A stretch of DNA of 64,000 bases, taken from positions 211,971 to 275,970 of the IMG/VR virus record IMGVR_UViG_3300047157_000197; one strand, given 5' to 3'. Every line of letters begins with the position of its first letter. Positions within the stretch are counted from its first letter, which is position 1. The notes below the pieces were generated by a model. That model saw nothing but the letters and a program-made list of their open reading frames with translations, did no database searches and was not told the origin of the DNA. Below, one piece after another: positions 39,461 to 51,417 of the stretch. A program made the position numbers and the translations under genes.

Positions 39461-40811
39461 ATGAAATTATTATTAGGAGATAGTGTAGATAAATTAAAAG
39501 AGTTAGATGATAACTCTATTGATTCAATCGTTACAGACCCACCTTATGGTTTATCCTTTATGGGTAAAAAATGGGATTATGATGTTCCTTCACAAGAAAT
39601 ATTTGAGGAATGTTTAAGAGTATTAAAACCAGGTGGTTATTTACTTTCATTCGCAGGTTCACGAACTTATCACAGAATGGCAGTTAGAGTAGAAGATGCT
39701 GGGTTTGAGATAAGAGACCAAATAATGTGGATATATGGAAGTGGTTTTCCAAAATCTATGAACATAGGAAAAGCTATGGATAAAGTACAAGGTAATGAAA
39801 GAGAGGTAATTGGTAAAAAGGGAGGAAAAATAGATTTTAGTAAAACTAAAAAAGGCGATACATCTTTTTATGAGACTGCTTGGGATAATAAAGATTATGT
39901 GGAGTTAGAAATAACCAAAGGAAACTCTGAATGGGAAGGTTGGGGAACTGCTCTTAAACCTGCTCACGAACCTATTGTAATGGCAAGAAAACCTTTAAGT
40001 GAAAAAACAGTAGTTAATAATGTTTTAGAATGGGGAACAGGTGGAATTAATATTGATGAAAGTAGAATAGGAACAACAACAAAAACAAATGCTGGAAAAG
40101 CAAATAAAGAAAATAACAGAATAGCTGGCTAATGGTGGATATGTAAATGATGTCTCATCACAAGAACACAATTACGGCAGATTTCCTGCAAATATTATAT
40201 TAGATAAAGAAGCAGGTAGAATCCTTGATGAACAAACAGGTGAATTATCAACTGTGGGTAGTCCTAAAAAGATTGATAATAGTAAAACATCCATTTTTGG
40301 AGCAGGTGTACCTGGATTTCAAATGTATGGTGATAAAGGTGGAGCATCTCGTTTCTTCTATTGTCCAAAAACTTCTAAAACTGATAGGAATGAAGGATTG
40401 GATGAGTTTGAGGATAAATACTATGCCGCAGGTAATCAAGCAAAAGCAGAACTAAAACGAGGTAATGTTGAGTTTAATTCCAATAAAGGTAAAGGTAAAG
40501 ATGAACGACACAATCACAATCAAGTTGGTGTAAGTAAAAACAATCACCCAACTGTTAAACCTACTGATTTGATGTTATACTTAATCAGATTAATAACACC
40601 AAAAGGTGGAACTACTTTAGACCCTTTTATGGGTAGTGGTTCAACTGGTAAAGCAGCAGTTAGAGGTGGATTTGATTTTGTTGGTATAGAAAGAGAAAAA
40701 GAGTATATGGAAATTGCAGAAGCAAGAATCCAATATGAAAAAGATAATCCTTATAGTGAAGAAAAGGAAGAACGAATACAAATAAATAAAAATGCAAATA
40801 AATTTTTCTAA
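39461..40811 (+). CDS. N6A/N4C DNA methyltransferase (one-base insertion near 40130)
   Basis: DPPY, HPTVKP, DPFMGSGSTG; removing one base restores GRFPANIILD and joins both ORFs. Confidence 0.85.
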
Positions 40812-40816
40812 AATAA

Positions 40817-40848
40817 TTAGGATATATGAAATAAATTTCGTATATTAG
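40817..40848 (+). promoter_or_regulatory. Bacteroidota sigma70-type promoter
   Basis: TTAG-N20-TATATTAG. Confidence 0.65.
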
Positions 40849-40870
40849 AGTAAATATAAAAGTTAAAATT

Positions 40871-41131
40871 ATGAGTGATAGGGAGATTAGTAATTCAAAA
40901 AGTGGAATACCAATATGGTGGAAACCAGGTCTGGCCTTCTTAAAAGAAGATTGGATATCTATGAAAGAATTAAAACATTTCAAAGATAAAAAATGTACAG
41001 ATAAAAAATGTGATTGTGAATCCCCTAAATTAGTAAACCTATGGGAACACGATTCTTGTGTACGAGGAAGAATTGATACAGATGTATGTGTTAAGTGTAA
41101 TGAAGTTGAATCTTTTAGTATAATAAGATAA
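40871..41131 (+). CDS. Cys-rich hypothetical protein
   Basis: ORF track. Confidence 0.55.
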   Translation: MSDREISNSKSGIPIWWKPGLAFLKEDWISMKELKHFKDKKCTDKKCDCESPKLVNLWEHDSCVRGRIDTDVCVKCNEVESFSIIR

Positions 41132-41410
41132 GTGGGTAGTAATGTAGATGCATCTTGGACTTGTGGTTGTGGTTCATTAAACGCAGGATGGAGAACAACT
41201 TGTGGAGGATGTGAAGAAAAAGAAATTATGGAAAATAAAACACCGAGAAAAGATTTACTTAAAATCCTAAATATGATTAAAGAAGATTTTGAAATGTTAC
41301 AAGATGGAACTTGGAGTTTGCAATATTCAGATGGTTCAGAAATTGAAGCATCATTAGATAACGTAGAAAAGGCAATTGAAATAGTAAATAAAGATTTATA
41401 TGGTAAATAA
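41132..41410 (+). CDS. hypothetical protein with RanBP2-like zinc finger
   Basis: WTCGCGSLN.....CGGC. Confidence 0.5.
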   Translation: MGSNVDASWTCGCGSLNAGWRTTCGGCEEKEIMENKTPRKDLLKILNMIKEDFEMLQDGTWSLQYSDGSEIEASLDNVEKAIEIVNKDLYGK

Positions 41411-41581
41411 AATAAAGAAATGATTATTAGTTATATTTTAATAGGATTAATTTGGTCTCTTTATTGGGAATTAAGATTGCCAATGAATTGGGGTAGACGG
41501 TTAAGAACTATATTTCTCTGGCCAGTAACTGTTGTTGCATGGTGTGTAGGATTTATTGATGCAATGAATCGTAAATAATAT

Positions 41582-42085
41582 ATGAGAATTCTAATTATAT
41601 CACTTCCAAGGACAGGGTCTAATTCTTTAATGAAGAAATATTCTTCTAAATATAAATTAGATATGTACGGAGAACCATTTAATGAACGTCATCTACTACC
41701 AAGTGATTGGATAACATCTGATAATGTTATAGTTACAACCAAGTTGACACAATGTCCAGAAAATGTTAAAAATAGTGTTAAATATTGGTATGAACAATCA
41801 AAATCATTTGACAAAGTTATTTTATTATCAAGAAAAGATTTGTATGATTGTGCAAAGAGTTTTTCTTTTTTACTTGATAAACGTAATGAGGGATATAAAT
41901 ACAATGCTTCTTATGTTTGGGAAGAAACTCCAAGTTTAAATAATATTTATAAAAACTTACAATCAGAACATAAAAAATTAGAATTAATTTCAGAAAAATT
42001 AAATATTTCTGTAATATATTATGAAGATATTTTTGATATTAATTCAAAAGATAGGTTAAGAAAAAATAATAAAGAGATATTATAA
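41582..42085 (+). CDS. sulfotransferase-like protein
   Basis: SLPRTGS (5'-PSB loop), EPF, LSR, YED. Confidence 0.65.
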   Translation: MRILIISLPRTGSNSLMKKYSSKYKLDMYGEPFNERHLLPSDWITSDNVIVTTKLTQCPENVKNSVKYWYEQSKSFDKVILLSRKDLYDCAKSFSFLLDKRNEGYKYNASYVWEETPSLNNIYKNLQSEHKKLELISEKLNISVIYYEDIFDINSKDRLRKNNKEIL

Positions 42086-42098
42086 ATGTAAAGTTATA

Positions 42099-42139
42099 TG
42101 ACAATATGTCAGTATAATACCAAATGGTACAAAAATTGA
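42099..42139 (+). promoter_or_regulatory. TGACA-N3-TGTCA palindrome plus sigma54-like -24/-12 element upstream of the groEL unit
   Basis: TGACAATATGTCA 42099-42111; TGGTAC-N5-TTGA 42125-42139. Confidence 0.5.
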
Positions 42140-42164
42140 AATTAATAAATTAAATATAAAACAA

Positions 42165-42260
42165 ATGAGTAAAAAATTATCAACAAAGATGAAAAATCAT
42201 CGAGAACATACTGCCGAAAGGAGTGTAATTAAAAGAACAAGAAGAAAAAATAAAAAGTAA
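42165..42260 (+). CDS. small basic peptide
   Basis: 31-aa ORF MSKKLSTKMKNHREHTAERSVIKRTRRKNKK. Confidence 0.35.
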   Translation: MSKKLSTKMKNHREHTAERSVIKRTRRKNKK

Positions 42261-42264
42261 AGTT

Positions 42265-42630
42265 ATGAGTGAAAAAATTTATGTAAGAAAGTGTGAAAGA
42301 TACACACTATGGGAAGCAACAAAACCAATTGAGGTTGATGTTGAAAAATTAAGAAAGTGTGAACCACCATATGAAGGTAACACACCAGAAGAACTTTTAA
42401 ATTATTTTGGAGATAATGTTTGGTGTAACGAAGAATTCTATGAGAATGAAACTAATAAAGAAGTTTATGGTGAAGATGAAGTATATGATTTATCTATGGA
42501 AGAAGAATACGATATGGAAGTATATTCAGATTCAAGAAATAAAGGATGTGAAGATTGGATAGATGTTGGAGTACCAAATGAAGAATACACCAAGTATGGT
42601 GGATTTGAAGTAAAGGCAACAAATGTATAA
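42265..42630 (+). CDS. acidic hypothetical protein
   Basis: ORF track. Confidence 0.65.
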   Translation: MSEKIYVRKCERYTLWEATKPIEVDVEKLRKCEPPYEGNTPEELLNYFGDNVWCNEEFYENETNKEVYGEDEVYDLSMEEEYDMEVYSDSRNKGCEDWIDVGVPNEEYTKYGGFEVKATNV

Positions 42631-42633
42631 TAA

Positions 42634-44262
<1,629 letters not shown>

Positions 44263-44384
44263 TATGGCTAAAACTAAACAAGAAGAGTGGTTACATGAAT
44301 TGGTGAAGAAATACTCCATTCCAACCAATGATAACACAGATAAGAGGGGTATATTAAACGAAACACAATTAAAGAATTTAAAAA

Positions 44385-44690
44385 ATGGGAAGAACTAAAA
44401 ACTTTCTTGATAGTCTAAACTTAAATGAAGAAGAACTAAATGAAGAGTTATATTCAAGAGCAGATTCAGAGTATCAATACAAAAAATGGTTAGAATCAGA
44501 AGAATTTGTAGAATATGTAAATGCAGAACTTGATTCAACAAGACCTAGGTATTCAGAATATGATATTATGCGTGCAACTAGATATGCATCTGAACATATT
44601 ACAATAGAACCAAGTGAAGTTGGTAAGGAAGTATATGATATGTTATTTTCTGAGAAGATAGAAGAATATCTAACTTGTAAAACTTTTTAA
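44385..44690 (+). CDS. hypothetical protein
   Basis: ORF track. Confidence 0.6.
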   Translation: MGRTKNFLDSLNLNEEELNEELYSRADSEYQYKKWLESEEFVEYVNAELDSTRPRYSEYDIMRATRYASEHITIEPSEVGKEVYDMLFSEKIEEYLTCKTF

Positions 44691-45187
44691 TGAATTACTA
44701 TAAAGAACACATAGATAAGATTTCAAACTTTCCTATCGAGGGAATAACTTACAGAGATATTCAACCATTACTTGCAAATCATACAGTATTTATGGATGCA
44801 ATCAAAGATATGGGAAATCTCATAGAAACTAAACCTGATTATTGGATAGCATTGGAATCACGAGGATTCTTATTTGCATCTGCACTTTCAATGTTATTTG
44901 GTGGTGGAGTTAGATTAATTAGAAAAAAAGGGAAGTTAGGAAATAGTAGATTGATGAGAGTTGATTATGGATTAGAATATGGTAAAGATTCATTTGAAAT
45001 GGCTTATCTACCTCAATTCGATTTGGGTAAAGTTGTAATCGTAGATGATGTATATGCAACTGGTGGTACTATGAAAGCTGCTGAAGGTTTAGTTAAAGGA
45101 CATGGATTAGAAGTTATCGATAAACTATGTTTAATGGATATTGGTATTGTAAAAGACCACGATGTTAAATGTTTAGTAACTTATTAA
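44690..45187 (+). CDS. apt: adenine phosphoribosyltransferase
   Basis: ESRGF, RKKGKL, LEYG, VDDVYATGGT. Confidence 0.9.
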   Translation: MNYYKEHIDKISNFPIEGITYRDIQPLLANHTVFMDAIKDMGNLIETKPDYWIALESRGFLFASALSMLFGGGVRLIRKKGKLGNSRLMRVDYGLEYGKDSFEMAYLPQFDLGKVVIVDDVYATGGTMKAAEGLVKGHGLEVIDKLCLMDIGIVKDHDVKCLVTY

Positions 45188-45188
45188 T

Positions 45189-45452
45189 ATGAAACGTTGG
45201 AAAGAGTACACACAAAAACAAGAAAAAGAAGTATTTAGTAACTTATACAAATATGGTGTACTATATCTAGGAACTACATTAATGATGATTTCACCATTCA
45301 TTATTGATTCTATTTATGGAAAATTGGGAATGATTGTAGGTTTAATTCTCATCACAATTCAGACACAGAAAACAAAACAATATAATCTTTCCTTACTTAA
45401 TGCGGTGGGGATAGTTGGTTACTTATACGCATTATTAAAAAATATATTATGA
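45189..45452 (+). CDS. small multi-TM protein
   Basis: Three hydrophobic segments. Confidence 0.55.
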   Translation: MKRWKEYTQKQEKEVFSNLYKYGVLYLGTTLMMISPFIIDSIYGKLGMIVGLILITIQTQKTKQYNLSLLNAVGIVGYLYALLKNIL

Positions 45453-45640
45453 AACAAATTGTATTATTTCTAATAATTATGGTATTGATGGGATTTACTA
45501 TTAGTACTACTCAAAAAGAAAACTCATGGGAAGTAAAATATCATGAAGTAAAAAAAGAAAGAGATTATTACAAAAAAACATCTGAACAACTTTTAAAAAA
45601 TTGGAAAGATTGTGAAGAAAAATTAGTAGAGGTTATTTAA
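45449..45640 (+). CDS. TM + coiled-coil small protein
   Basis: ORF track. Confidence 0.5.
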   Translation: MKQIVLFLIIMVLMGFTISTTQKENSWEVKYHEVKKERDYYKKTSEQLLKNWKDCEEKLVEVI

Positions 45641-46188
45641 TGAGTAAAACAATATTAGTATCTGCAACACCATTAGAACATGGTGGATTAACTGAGTTAA
45701 ATGGATTACCTATATTCCAAGTGGGAATTGGTAAAATCAATTCTGCTATGAATTTAACAGAACTAATTTTACAAGAGAAGCCAGATTTGGTTATAAACTT
45801 TGGTAGTTGTGGAAATCTTAAAAATCACAAAGTTAGTGAGGTTATTGAAGTTGGAACTGTTTATAATAATATAGATGTTAGACCTTTTGCACCATATGGT
45901 TGTACACCAGGAAATATTCCTTGTGGATTAAAATTATCAGATAGTGAAATTCGTTGTTTTACAACAGACCAAATATATGATAACTCTCGTTCAGATTATG
46001 CAGAGAAGTATTTAGAAATGATTAATGAATGTGATATCGTAGATATGGAATGTTATTCACTTGCATATGTTTGCAACCAATATGGGATAAATTTTAAATC
46101 TTACAAATGGGTAAGTGATGATGGAAATATTGATTCATGGGAAGAAAACGCAGCAATAGGATTTGAGAACTTTAAAAAAATAATATAA
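45640..46188 (+). CDS. MTA/SAH nucleosidase-like protein (PNP_UDP_1)
   Basis: GIGKINSA, INFGSCG, VDME, KWVSD. Confidence 0.8.
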   Translation: MSKTILVSATPLEHGGLTELNGLPIFQVGIGKINSAMNLTELILQEKPDLVINFGSCGNLKNHKVSEVIEVGTVYNNIDVRPFAPYGCTPGNIPCGLKLSDSEIRCFTTDQIYDNSRSDYAEKYLEMINECDIVDMECYSLAYVCNQYGINFKSYKWVSDDGNIDSWEENAAIGFENFKKII

Positions 46189-46913
46189 TGAATATAGCAG
46201 TTTTAGTAGATATAATAAAAGAAACAAAAACAAACTGGAGATTTATATTTGAATCTCCTCTTTACGATAATATAAACTTCATACCAGGTCAATTAGTACA
46301 ATTGGTTGCTAAACCATACGCTCCAAGTGAGGGTGGAAATGCAATACAAAGAAATTATTCAGTTGCAAGTTATCCTGATAATACAAATAGATTTGAATTA
46401 ATTATTACTTACTTGGAGGGTGGGCAAATGAGTGAATATTTATTTAAAGATGTTAAAATAGGAGATGAGTTTGGATACAAAGGACCAATGGGAGTATTTA
46501 CACTACCAGATAATCTAATAGATAGAGATATTTATTTTGTATCTACTGGTTCGGGTATCTCACCATTTCGTTCAATGATAAATTATCTTCATCAGAATAA
46601 AATTCCATTTAAAAATATAAAATTATTCTTTGGTACACGAAAAGAATCTGATTTATTGTATAGAAAAGAATTAGAAACGATACAAGAAGAATTACCAAAT
46701 TTTGAATTCATTCCATGTTTATCAAGAGAAGATAAACCAGAATTTGCTCATGGATATGTACATGAACACTATCTTGATTTGATTGATAGTACAGATGAAA
46801 AACCTTGGGTTTATTTCTGTGGTTGGGATAGAATGATTTCAGAAGGTAGAAAACACCTCGATGAGAGAGGTTTTGAAATGTTTAAAGATATAAGAGTAGA
46901 AATATTTGGATAA
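46188..46913 (+). CDS. ferredoxin-NAD(P) reductase-like flavoprotein
   Basis: RNYS, GQMS, GPMG, TGSGISPF, YFCG. Confidence 0.88.
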   Translation: MNIAVLVDIIKETKTNWRFIFESPLYDNINFIPGQLVQLVAKPYAPSEGGNAIQRNYSVASYPDNTNRFELIITYLEGGQMSEYLFKDVKIGDEFGYKGPMGVFTLPDNLIDRDIYFVSTGSGISPFRSMINYLHQNKIPFKNIKLFFGTRKESDLLYRKELETIQEELPNFEFIPCLSREDKPEFAHGYVHEHYLDLIDSTDEKPWVYFCGWDRMISEGRKHLDERGFEMFKDIRVEIFG

Positions 46914-47040
46914 TGAAAAAAACAACTCAAACAGAATTATTTGATTTACTTTATACTTTAGAGGATAAATTCGAATACGATGAAACCAAGGCGGGATTAA
47001 GAATAGGTTTATTGATAAATGACTTACAAAACGAACTATT

Positions 47041-48402
47041 ATGAAATTATTATTAGGAGATTGTATTGACAAACTTAAAGAGTTAGATGACAATAGTGTA
47101 GATAGTATTGTTACAGACCCACCATATGGGTTATCCTTTATGGGTAAAAAATGGGATTATGATGTTCCCTCTCAAGAAATCTTTGAGGAATGTTTAAGAG
47201 TTCTAAAACCAGGTGGCCATCTATTATCATTTGCCGGTTCACGAACTTATCACAGAATGGCAGTTAGAGTAGAAGATGCTGGATTTGAGATAAGAGACCA
47301 GATAATGTGGATATATGGTTCAGGTTTTCCAAAATCTATGAATATAGGAAAAGCTATGGATAAAGTACAAGGTAATGAAAGAAAGGTAATTGGTAAACAA
47401 AACTACTCAATTCCAAAAGCAGATAACACTATACAAGCCAGTTCCTATGGTATAAGTGGAGGTTTATTGAAAGATGGAAAAAAAGCAGAAAGATTAGTAC
47501 CTGATATAACCAAAGGAAACTCTGAATACGAGGGTTGGGGAACTGCTCTCAAACCAGCTCACGAACCAATTGTAATGGCAAGAAAACCACTTTCAGAAAA
47601 AACTGTTGTAGATAATGTATTAGAATGGGGAACTGGTGGAATTAATGTAGAGGAAAGTAGAATACCATATAAATCAAAAGATGATATGGAAATTAGAAAA
47701 AATACACATCGTGAAACAAATAAATTAGGAGATGGTAATTTTGGTGGAGGTAAATATTCACAACCTGTTGAAAGTGGCAGATTTCCTTCAAACATAATCT
47801 TTGATGAAGAAGCAGGTAAGATACTTGATGAACAAAGTGGTATATCCAAATCCACAGGTGGTAGAAGTGGAAACAAAGAAGGAGTTGGTCAAAATGGAAT
47901 ATATGGTCAATATAGTGGAGAAGTAAGAGATGAAAATCCTGGTCTTGGTGATATTGGTGGAGCATCTCGTTTCTTTTATTGTCCTAAAACTTCTAAAACT
48001 GATAGAAACGAAGGATTAGAAGATTTTGAAATAAAACAAACTGTTGGTGGAGGTGGTGGTATAGGTGATTATCAAGATGACGTAAATAGTGCAAGTGGTA
48101 AGTTTGGTAGTGAAAAAGCACCAAGTAAGAACAATCACCCAACAGTCAAACCAACAGATTTGATGTTATACCTTATTCGCTTAGTTACTCCAAAAGGTGG
48201 AACTACTTTAGACCCATTTATGGGTAGTGGTTCAACTGGTAAAGCTGCAACTCGTGGTGGATTTGATTTTATAGGTATTGAAAGAGAAAAAGATTATATG
48301 GAAATTGCAAAAACAAGAATCCAATATGAAAAAGATAATCCTTATAATGAAGAAAAGAAAGAGCGAGTAAAAATAAATAAAAATGCAAATAAATTTTTCT
48401 AG
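47041..48402 (+). CDS. N6A/N4C DNA methyltransferase, paralog of 39461
   Basis: DPPY, HPTVKP, DPFMGSGSTG. Confidence 0.9.
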   Translation: MKLLLGDCIDKLKELDDNSVDSIVTDPPYGLSFMGKKWDYDVPSQEIFEECLRVLKPGGHLLSFAGSRTYHRMAVRVEDAGFEIRDQIMWIYGSGFPKSMNIGKAMDKVQGNERKVIGKQNYSIPKADNTIQASSYGISGGLLKDGKKAERLVPDITKGNSEYEGWGTALKPAHEPIVMARKPLSEKTVVDNVLEWGTGGINVEESRIPYKSKDDMEIRKNTHRETNKLGDGNFGGGKYSQPVESGRFPSNIIFDEEAGKILDEQSGISKSTGGRSGNKEGVGQNGIYGQYSGEVRDENPGLGDIGGASRFFYCPKTSKTDRNEGLEDFEIKQTVGGGGGIGDYQDDVNSASGKFGSEKAPSKNNHPTVKPTDLMLYLIRLVTPKGGTTLDPFMGSGSTGKAATRGGFDFIGIEREKDYMEIAKTRIQYEKDNPYNEEKKERVKINKNANKFF

Positions 48403-48408
48403 AATAAT

Positions 48409-48573
48409 ATGGTAGAATTTTTTAGACACATATTTGGAATCTGTGGTGAACATTTTCATCCGAACATTTGGAACACGATGGCATCTTTGCCAATCATAGC
48501 AACAACTGTACATTATATCAAATGTAAATGTGGTGGTTGGTTCAGACATAAAAAAGATTGTGAAAATAAATAA
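48409..48573 (+). CDS. small His/Cys-containing protein
   Basis: 54-aa ORF read by eye: HIFGICGEHFHP...CKC. Confidence 0.5.
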   Translation: MVEFFRHIFGICGEHFHPNIWNTMASLPIIATTVHYIKCKCGGWFRHKKDCENK

Positions 48574-48574
48574 T

Positions 48575-48826
48575 ATGAATTGGAATCAACTAGAACATCA
48601 ACTTAAAGCAAAAGAATACAGTTCACTACCACAAAAGATAATGATGGAGAAGTGGGAAGCATCTGGTAGAGATTTACATACATATTGGAATTCTATCGAA
48701 TGGGATTCTTCTTGGTTAAAACACGATACACCTGAAGAACGATATGCTAAAGATGTAACACGAGAATTTAATAGACATCCATTTAGAGAATATATAGAGA
48801 AACCCAAAGAATATATAGAATCGTGA
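48575..48826 (+). CDS. hypothetical protein
   Basis: Likely start 48575 within the tracked ORF. Confidence 0.5.
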   Translation: MNWNQLEHQLKAKEYSSLPQKIMMEKWEASGRDLHTYWNSIEWDSSWLKHDTPEERYAKDVTREFNRHPFREYIEKPKEYIES

Positions 48827-49053
48827 AGATAGAAGATATAGATAGAATAATTGAAATGGCTTGGGAAGATAGAACTCCATTCGAAGCAATAGAATATCAG
48901 TTTGGTATCAAAGAGAATGAAGTTCGTAAGATAATGAGAACTCATATGAAAGAGTCATCATTTAAGATGTGGAGAGAACGAGTAAAAGGTAGAAAAACAA
49001 AACACAGTAAAACATCAGAATCAAATAGATTCAAATCTAAAAATCAGAAATAA
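48823..49053 (+). CDS. DUF2805/TIGR03643 family protein
   Basis: IIEMAWEDRTPFEAI...WRERV. Confidence 0.85.
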   Translation: MKIEDIDRIIEMAWEDRTPFEAIEYQFGIKENEVRKIMRTHMKESSFKMWRERVKGRKTKHSKTSESNRFKSKNQK

Positions 49054-49148
49054 TATGGAAACATTAATGTGGTTAGCTGTAGCAGGTGTAGTAATGGTAG
49101 TAGGTAAAAAGATAGGTCAATTCCTATGGCCTGAAGATTGGGAAAATT

Positions 49149-49334
49149 ATGAGTAAAGAATCGAAAGAATGGTTAGATAGAAACGAATGGCCAGATTTAC
49201 CAATAGATAGTTCAGCTTATTCTCATTATACATACCTATCTGAGTTGTTAGAACAATTTGGAAAAGAATATCACGAAAAACAACTTGTGAAATACGCATT
49301 AGTTCAAAAAACTAAATTCAAAAAATACTTATAA
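49149..49334 (+). CDS. hypothetical protein
   Basis: ORF track. Confidence 0.5.
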   Translation: MSKESKEWLDRNEWPDLPIDSSAYSHYTYLSELLEQFGKEYHEKQLVKYALVQKTKFKKYL

Positions 49335-49336
49335 AA

Positions 49337-49370
49337 TTAGGATATATCAAATATTTTTTGTATATTTGTA
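49337..49370 (+). promoter_or_regulatory. Bacteroidota sigma70-type promoter
   Basis: TTAG-N20-TATATTTG. Confidence 0.7.
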
Positions 49371-49390
49371 TAAATATTAAAACTTAAAAC

Positions 49391-49876
49391 ATGGCGTATA
49401 ACCCATTTCGTTGGTTCACAGAAGGCAAGTACCGAACCAAACCACTTAAAAAATCATCACCACTTTTGTTAAAAATACAAAATGGTGATTTTGAATACTC
49501 CCCTTTTTTCTTAGAATCAAAAGATAATGATAAACTTTATGATGATATGTTCCAACAATATATGGAAACATCTCAAATCAGAGATATTAATGATAGAAAA
49601 GTAGAGGCACATGAATATGCTAAGATGAAGAGAATCAAAGCACAGAAGTTAATGGAAAAGGGTGTCGAGGAGGAACAGAGTAGGTTGCATGAATTAAAAA
49701 ATCAACTAGAATTAGAATTTGGTAAAGATTTGTGGGAAAAATGTTTGGAAAAGAAAAGAGGAAAAGGTACTACCGAAGATATGTATTGGTGGTACAAGAA
49801 ACAATGTAAAATGGGACAAACACCATCAGAGATAGCAATTGCATTGGGTAGAACAACAACAAAAGGATTAAGATGA
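49391..49876 (+). CDS. hypothetical protein
   Basis: ORF track; promoter upstream. Confidence 0.7.
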   Translation: MAYNPFRWFTEGKYRTKPLKKSSPLLLKIQNGDFEYSPFFLESKDNDKLYDDMFQQYMETSQIRDINDRKVEAHEYAKMKRIKAQKLMEKGVEEEQSRLHELKNQLELEFGKDLWEKCLEKKRGKGTTEDMYWWYKKQCKMGQTPSEIAIALGRTTTKGLR

Positions 49877-50052
49877 TGAAAGCATATATGAAAGTATGGA
49901 ATACCATACGAACTTGTAACTACATTCATTTAGAAAATGGTAGTGTATTGAAGTTAATAAATAACTTTAACAATATGTATAAAGACAAGGCTCGTTATAA
50001 TGAACTTATGTCAGATTATAATAATAAATTAAATAGTATAAATAACTAATTT

Positions 50053-50337
50053 TTGAAAGTTATGGAAATAAAAAGAAATAGGTATGGTGTAGAAAGAGTT
50101 TATGAAAAGATTGATGAGACTAGAATCAGAATCACAGGTGAATCTTTGCTTACAAGAGGCTCTAACGATGAAAACGGAGTTCAAATGATGTTTGACTTTG
50201 AAGGAGGTCCTTGTTTTACTGTTGGTGGAACTTTGGATTATATGAATACAAAATGGCTAGTCAAATCAATTACTGTTGATACAAATATCAGAGAAGAGAA
50301 TTTAGCATCAGTAGTTTGTGTTGTTGCAATTAAGTAA
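50053..50337 (+). CDS. hypothetical protein
   Basis: NRYG...DFEGGP. Confidence 0.6.
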   Translation: MKVMEIKRNRYGVERVYEKIDETRIRITGESLLTRGSNDENGVQMMFDFEGGPCFTVGGTLDYMNTKWLVKSITVDTNIREENLASVVCVVAIK

Positions 50338-50341
50338 CTTG

Positions 50342-50677
50342 ATGAGTTTAGATAGAAAATATAAAGTTAAACATATTTACATAGGAGAGGATGATGTCCA
50401 AGAGTGGACACAAGGTGTTGGAAAATATACTTTAATGCCTTTAATGTTTAGAGGAATTAAAAAAATAATAGAACTTAACTTAAAAAAATATCATTTTGCA
50501 AGAGTTGAATGTGTTATTAGAACAGAAAAAAAGGCATTCGATTTTTATGTAAAAGAAGATGGTATTTGGGATTCTCTTGAAAAAGTAATGGAGTGGGCAA
50601 TTGATGAAGAAGAATACGAAATGTGTTCTGAAATTAAAAAATTAGAAGAACTTTTAGATAAAGATAATACGTTTTGA
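50342..50677 (+). CDS. hypothetical protein with UVR-like C-terminal hairpin
   Basis: WAIDEEEYEMCSEIK; start 50342. Confidence 0.55.
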   Translation: MSLDRKYKVKHIYIGEDDVQEWTQGVGKYTLMPLMFRGIKKIIELNLKKYHFARVECVIRTEKKAFDFYVKEDGIWDSLEKVMEWAIDEEEYEMCSEIKKLEELLDKDNTF

Positions 50678-51417
50678 AAATATTAGTTATAGGAGATAGT
50701 TGTACAGATGTTTTTGTATATGGTAGTTGTGATAGGTTATGTCCTGAAGCACCAATACCTGTATTCAAACCATCAAAAACCATAACCAACCAAGGTATGG
50801 CTGGAAACGTTGTTGATAACCTCAGAGCATTAGGAGTTAGAAAAACTGAACTAATCACTAACAACGAACAAATCATAAAAACAAGATATGTAGAAACTAA
50901 ATCAAACCAAATGCTACTTAGAGTAGATGGTAATGATAAAGTTTCTAATTCATTTGATTATCGTAAGGTAGATTTTGATTCATATGATGCAGTAATTGTA
51001 TCTGATTATGATAAAGGATATCTAACGTATAAAGATATTGGTGAAATTGGTAAAAAATCTAAACTATCTTTTATTGATACTAAAAAAACAATAGGTAGTG
51101 GAGATTACTTCAAAGATTATACATTTGTAAAAATGAATGAAGAAGAATGGGATAATTGTGTTTCAAAAGGTGCAATTTATTCAGATTGGAAGAATAATTT
51201 AATTGTAACTATGTCTGAAAGAGGATGTATGTATGATGAGAAAAGATATCCGGTTGATAATACAATTGAAGTAAGAGATTTGAGTGGTGCAGGTGATACT
51301 TGGATGGCATCATTTGTAATGAAATATGTAGAAACTTCAAATATTGATACATCAATAATATTTGCAAATGATAATGCAACAATAGTAGTACAAAAAAGAG
51401 GTGTAACAACAATATGA
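50674..51417 (+). CDS. PfkB sugar kinase, HldE/RfaE kinase-domain-like
   Basis: RLCPEAPIPV, GMAGNV, SDYDKG, DLSGAGDT. Confidence 0.85.
   Translation: MKILVIGDSCTDVFVYGSCDRLCPEAPIPVFKPSKTITNQGMAGNVVDNLRALGVRKTELITNNEQIIKTRYVETKSNQMLLRVDGNDKVSNSFDYRKVDFDSYDAVIVSDYDKGYLTYKDIGEIGKKSKLSFIDTKKTIGSGDYFKDYTFVKMNEEEWDNCVSKGAIYSDWKNNLIVTMSERGCMYDEKRYPVDNTIEVRDLSGAGDTWMASFVMKYVETSNIDTSIIFANDNATIVVQKRGVTTI

Noticed and set aside
19509-40811. Programmed frameshifts or pseudogenes at about 19625, 21201, 25144, 36315 and 40130
   Set aside because: Each is fixed by one base, mostly in short homopolymers, with no other decay and no shared slippery motif; most likely sequencing indels. Read mapping would confirm.
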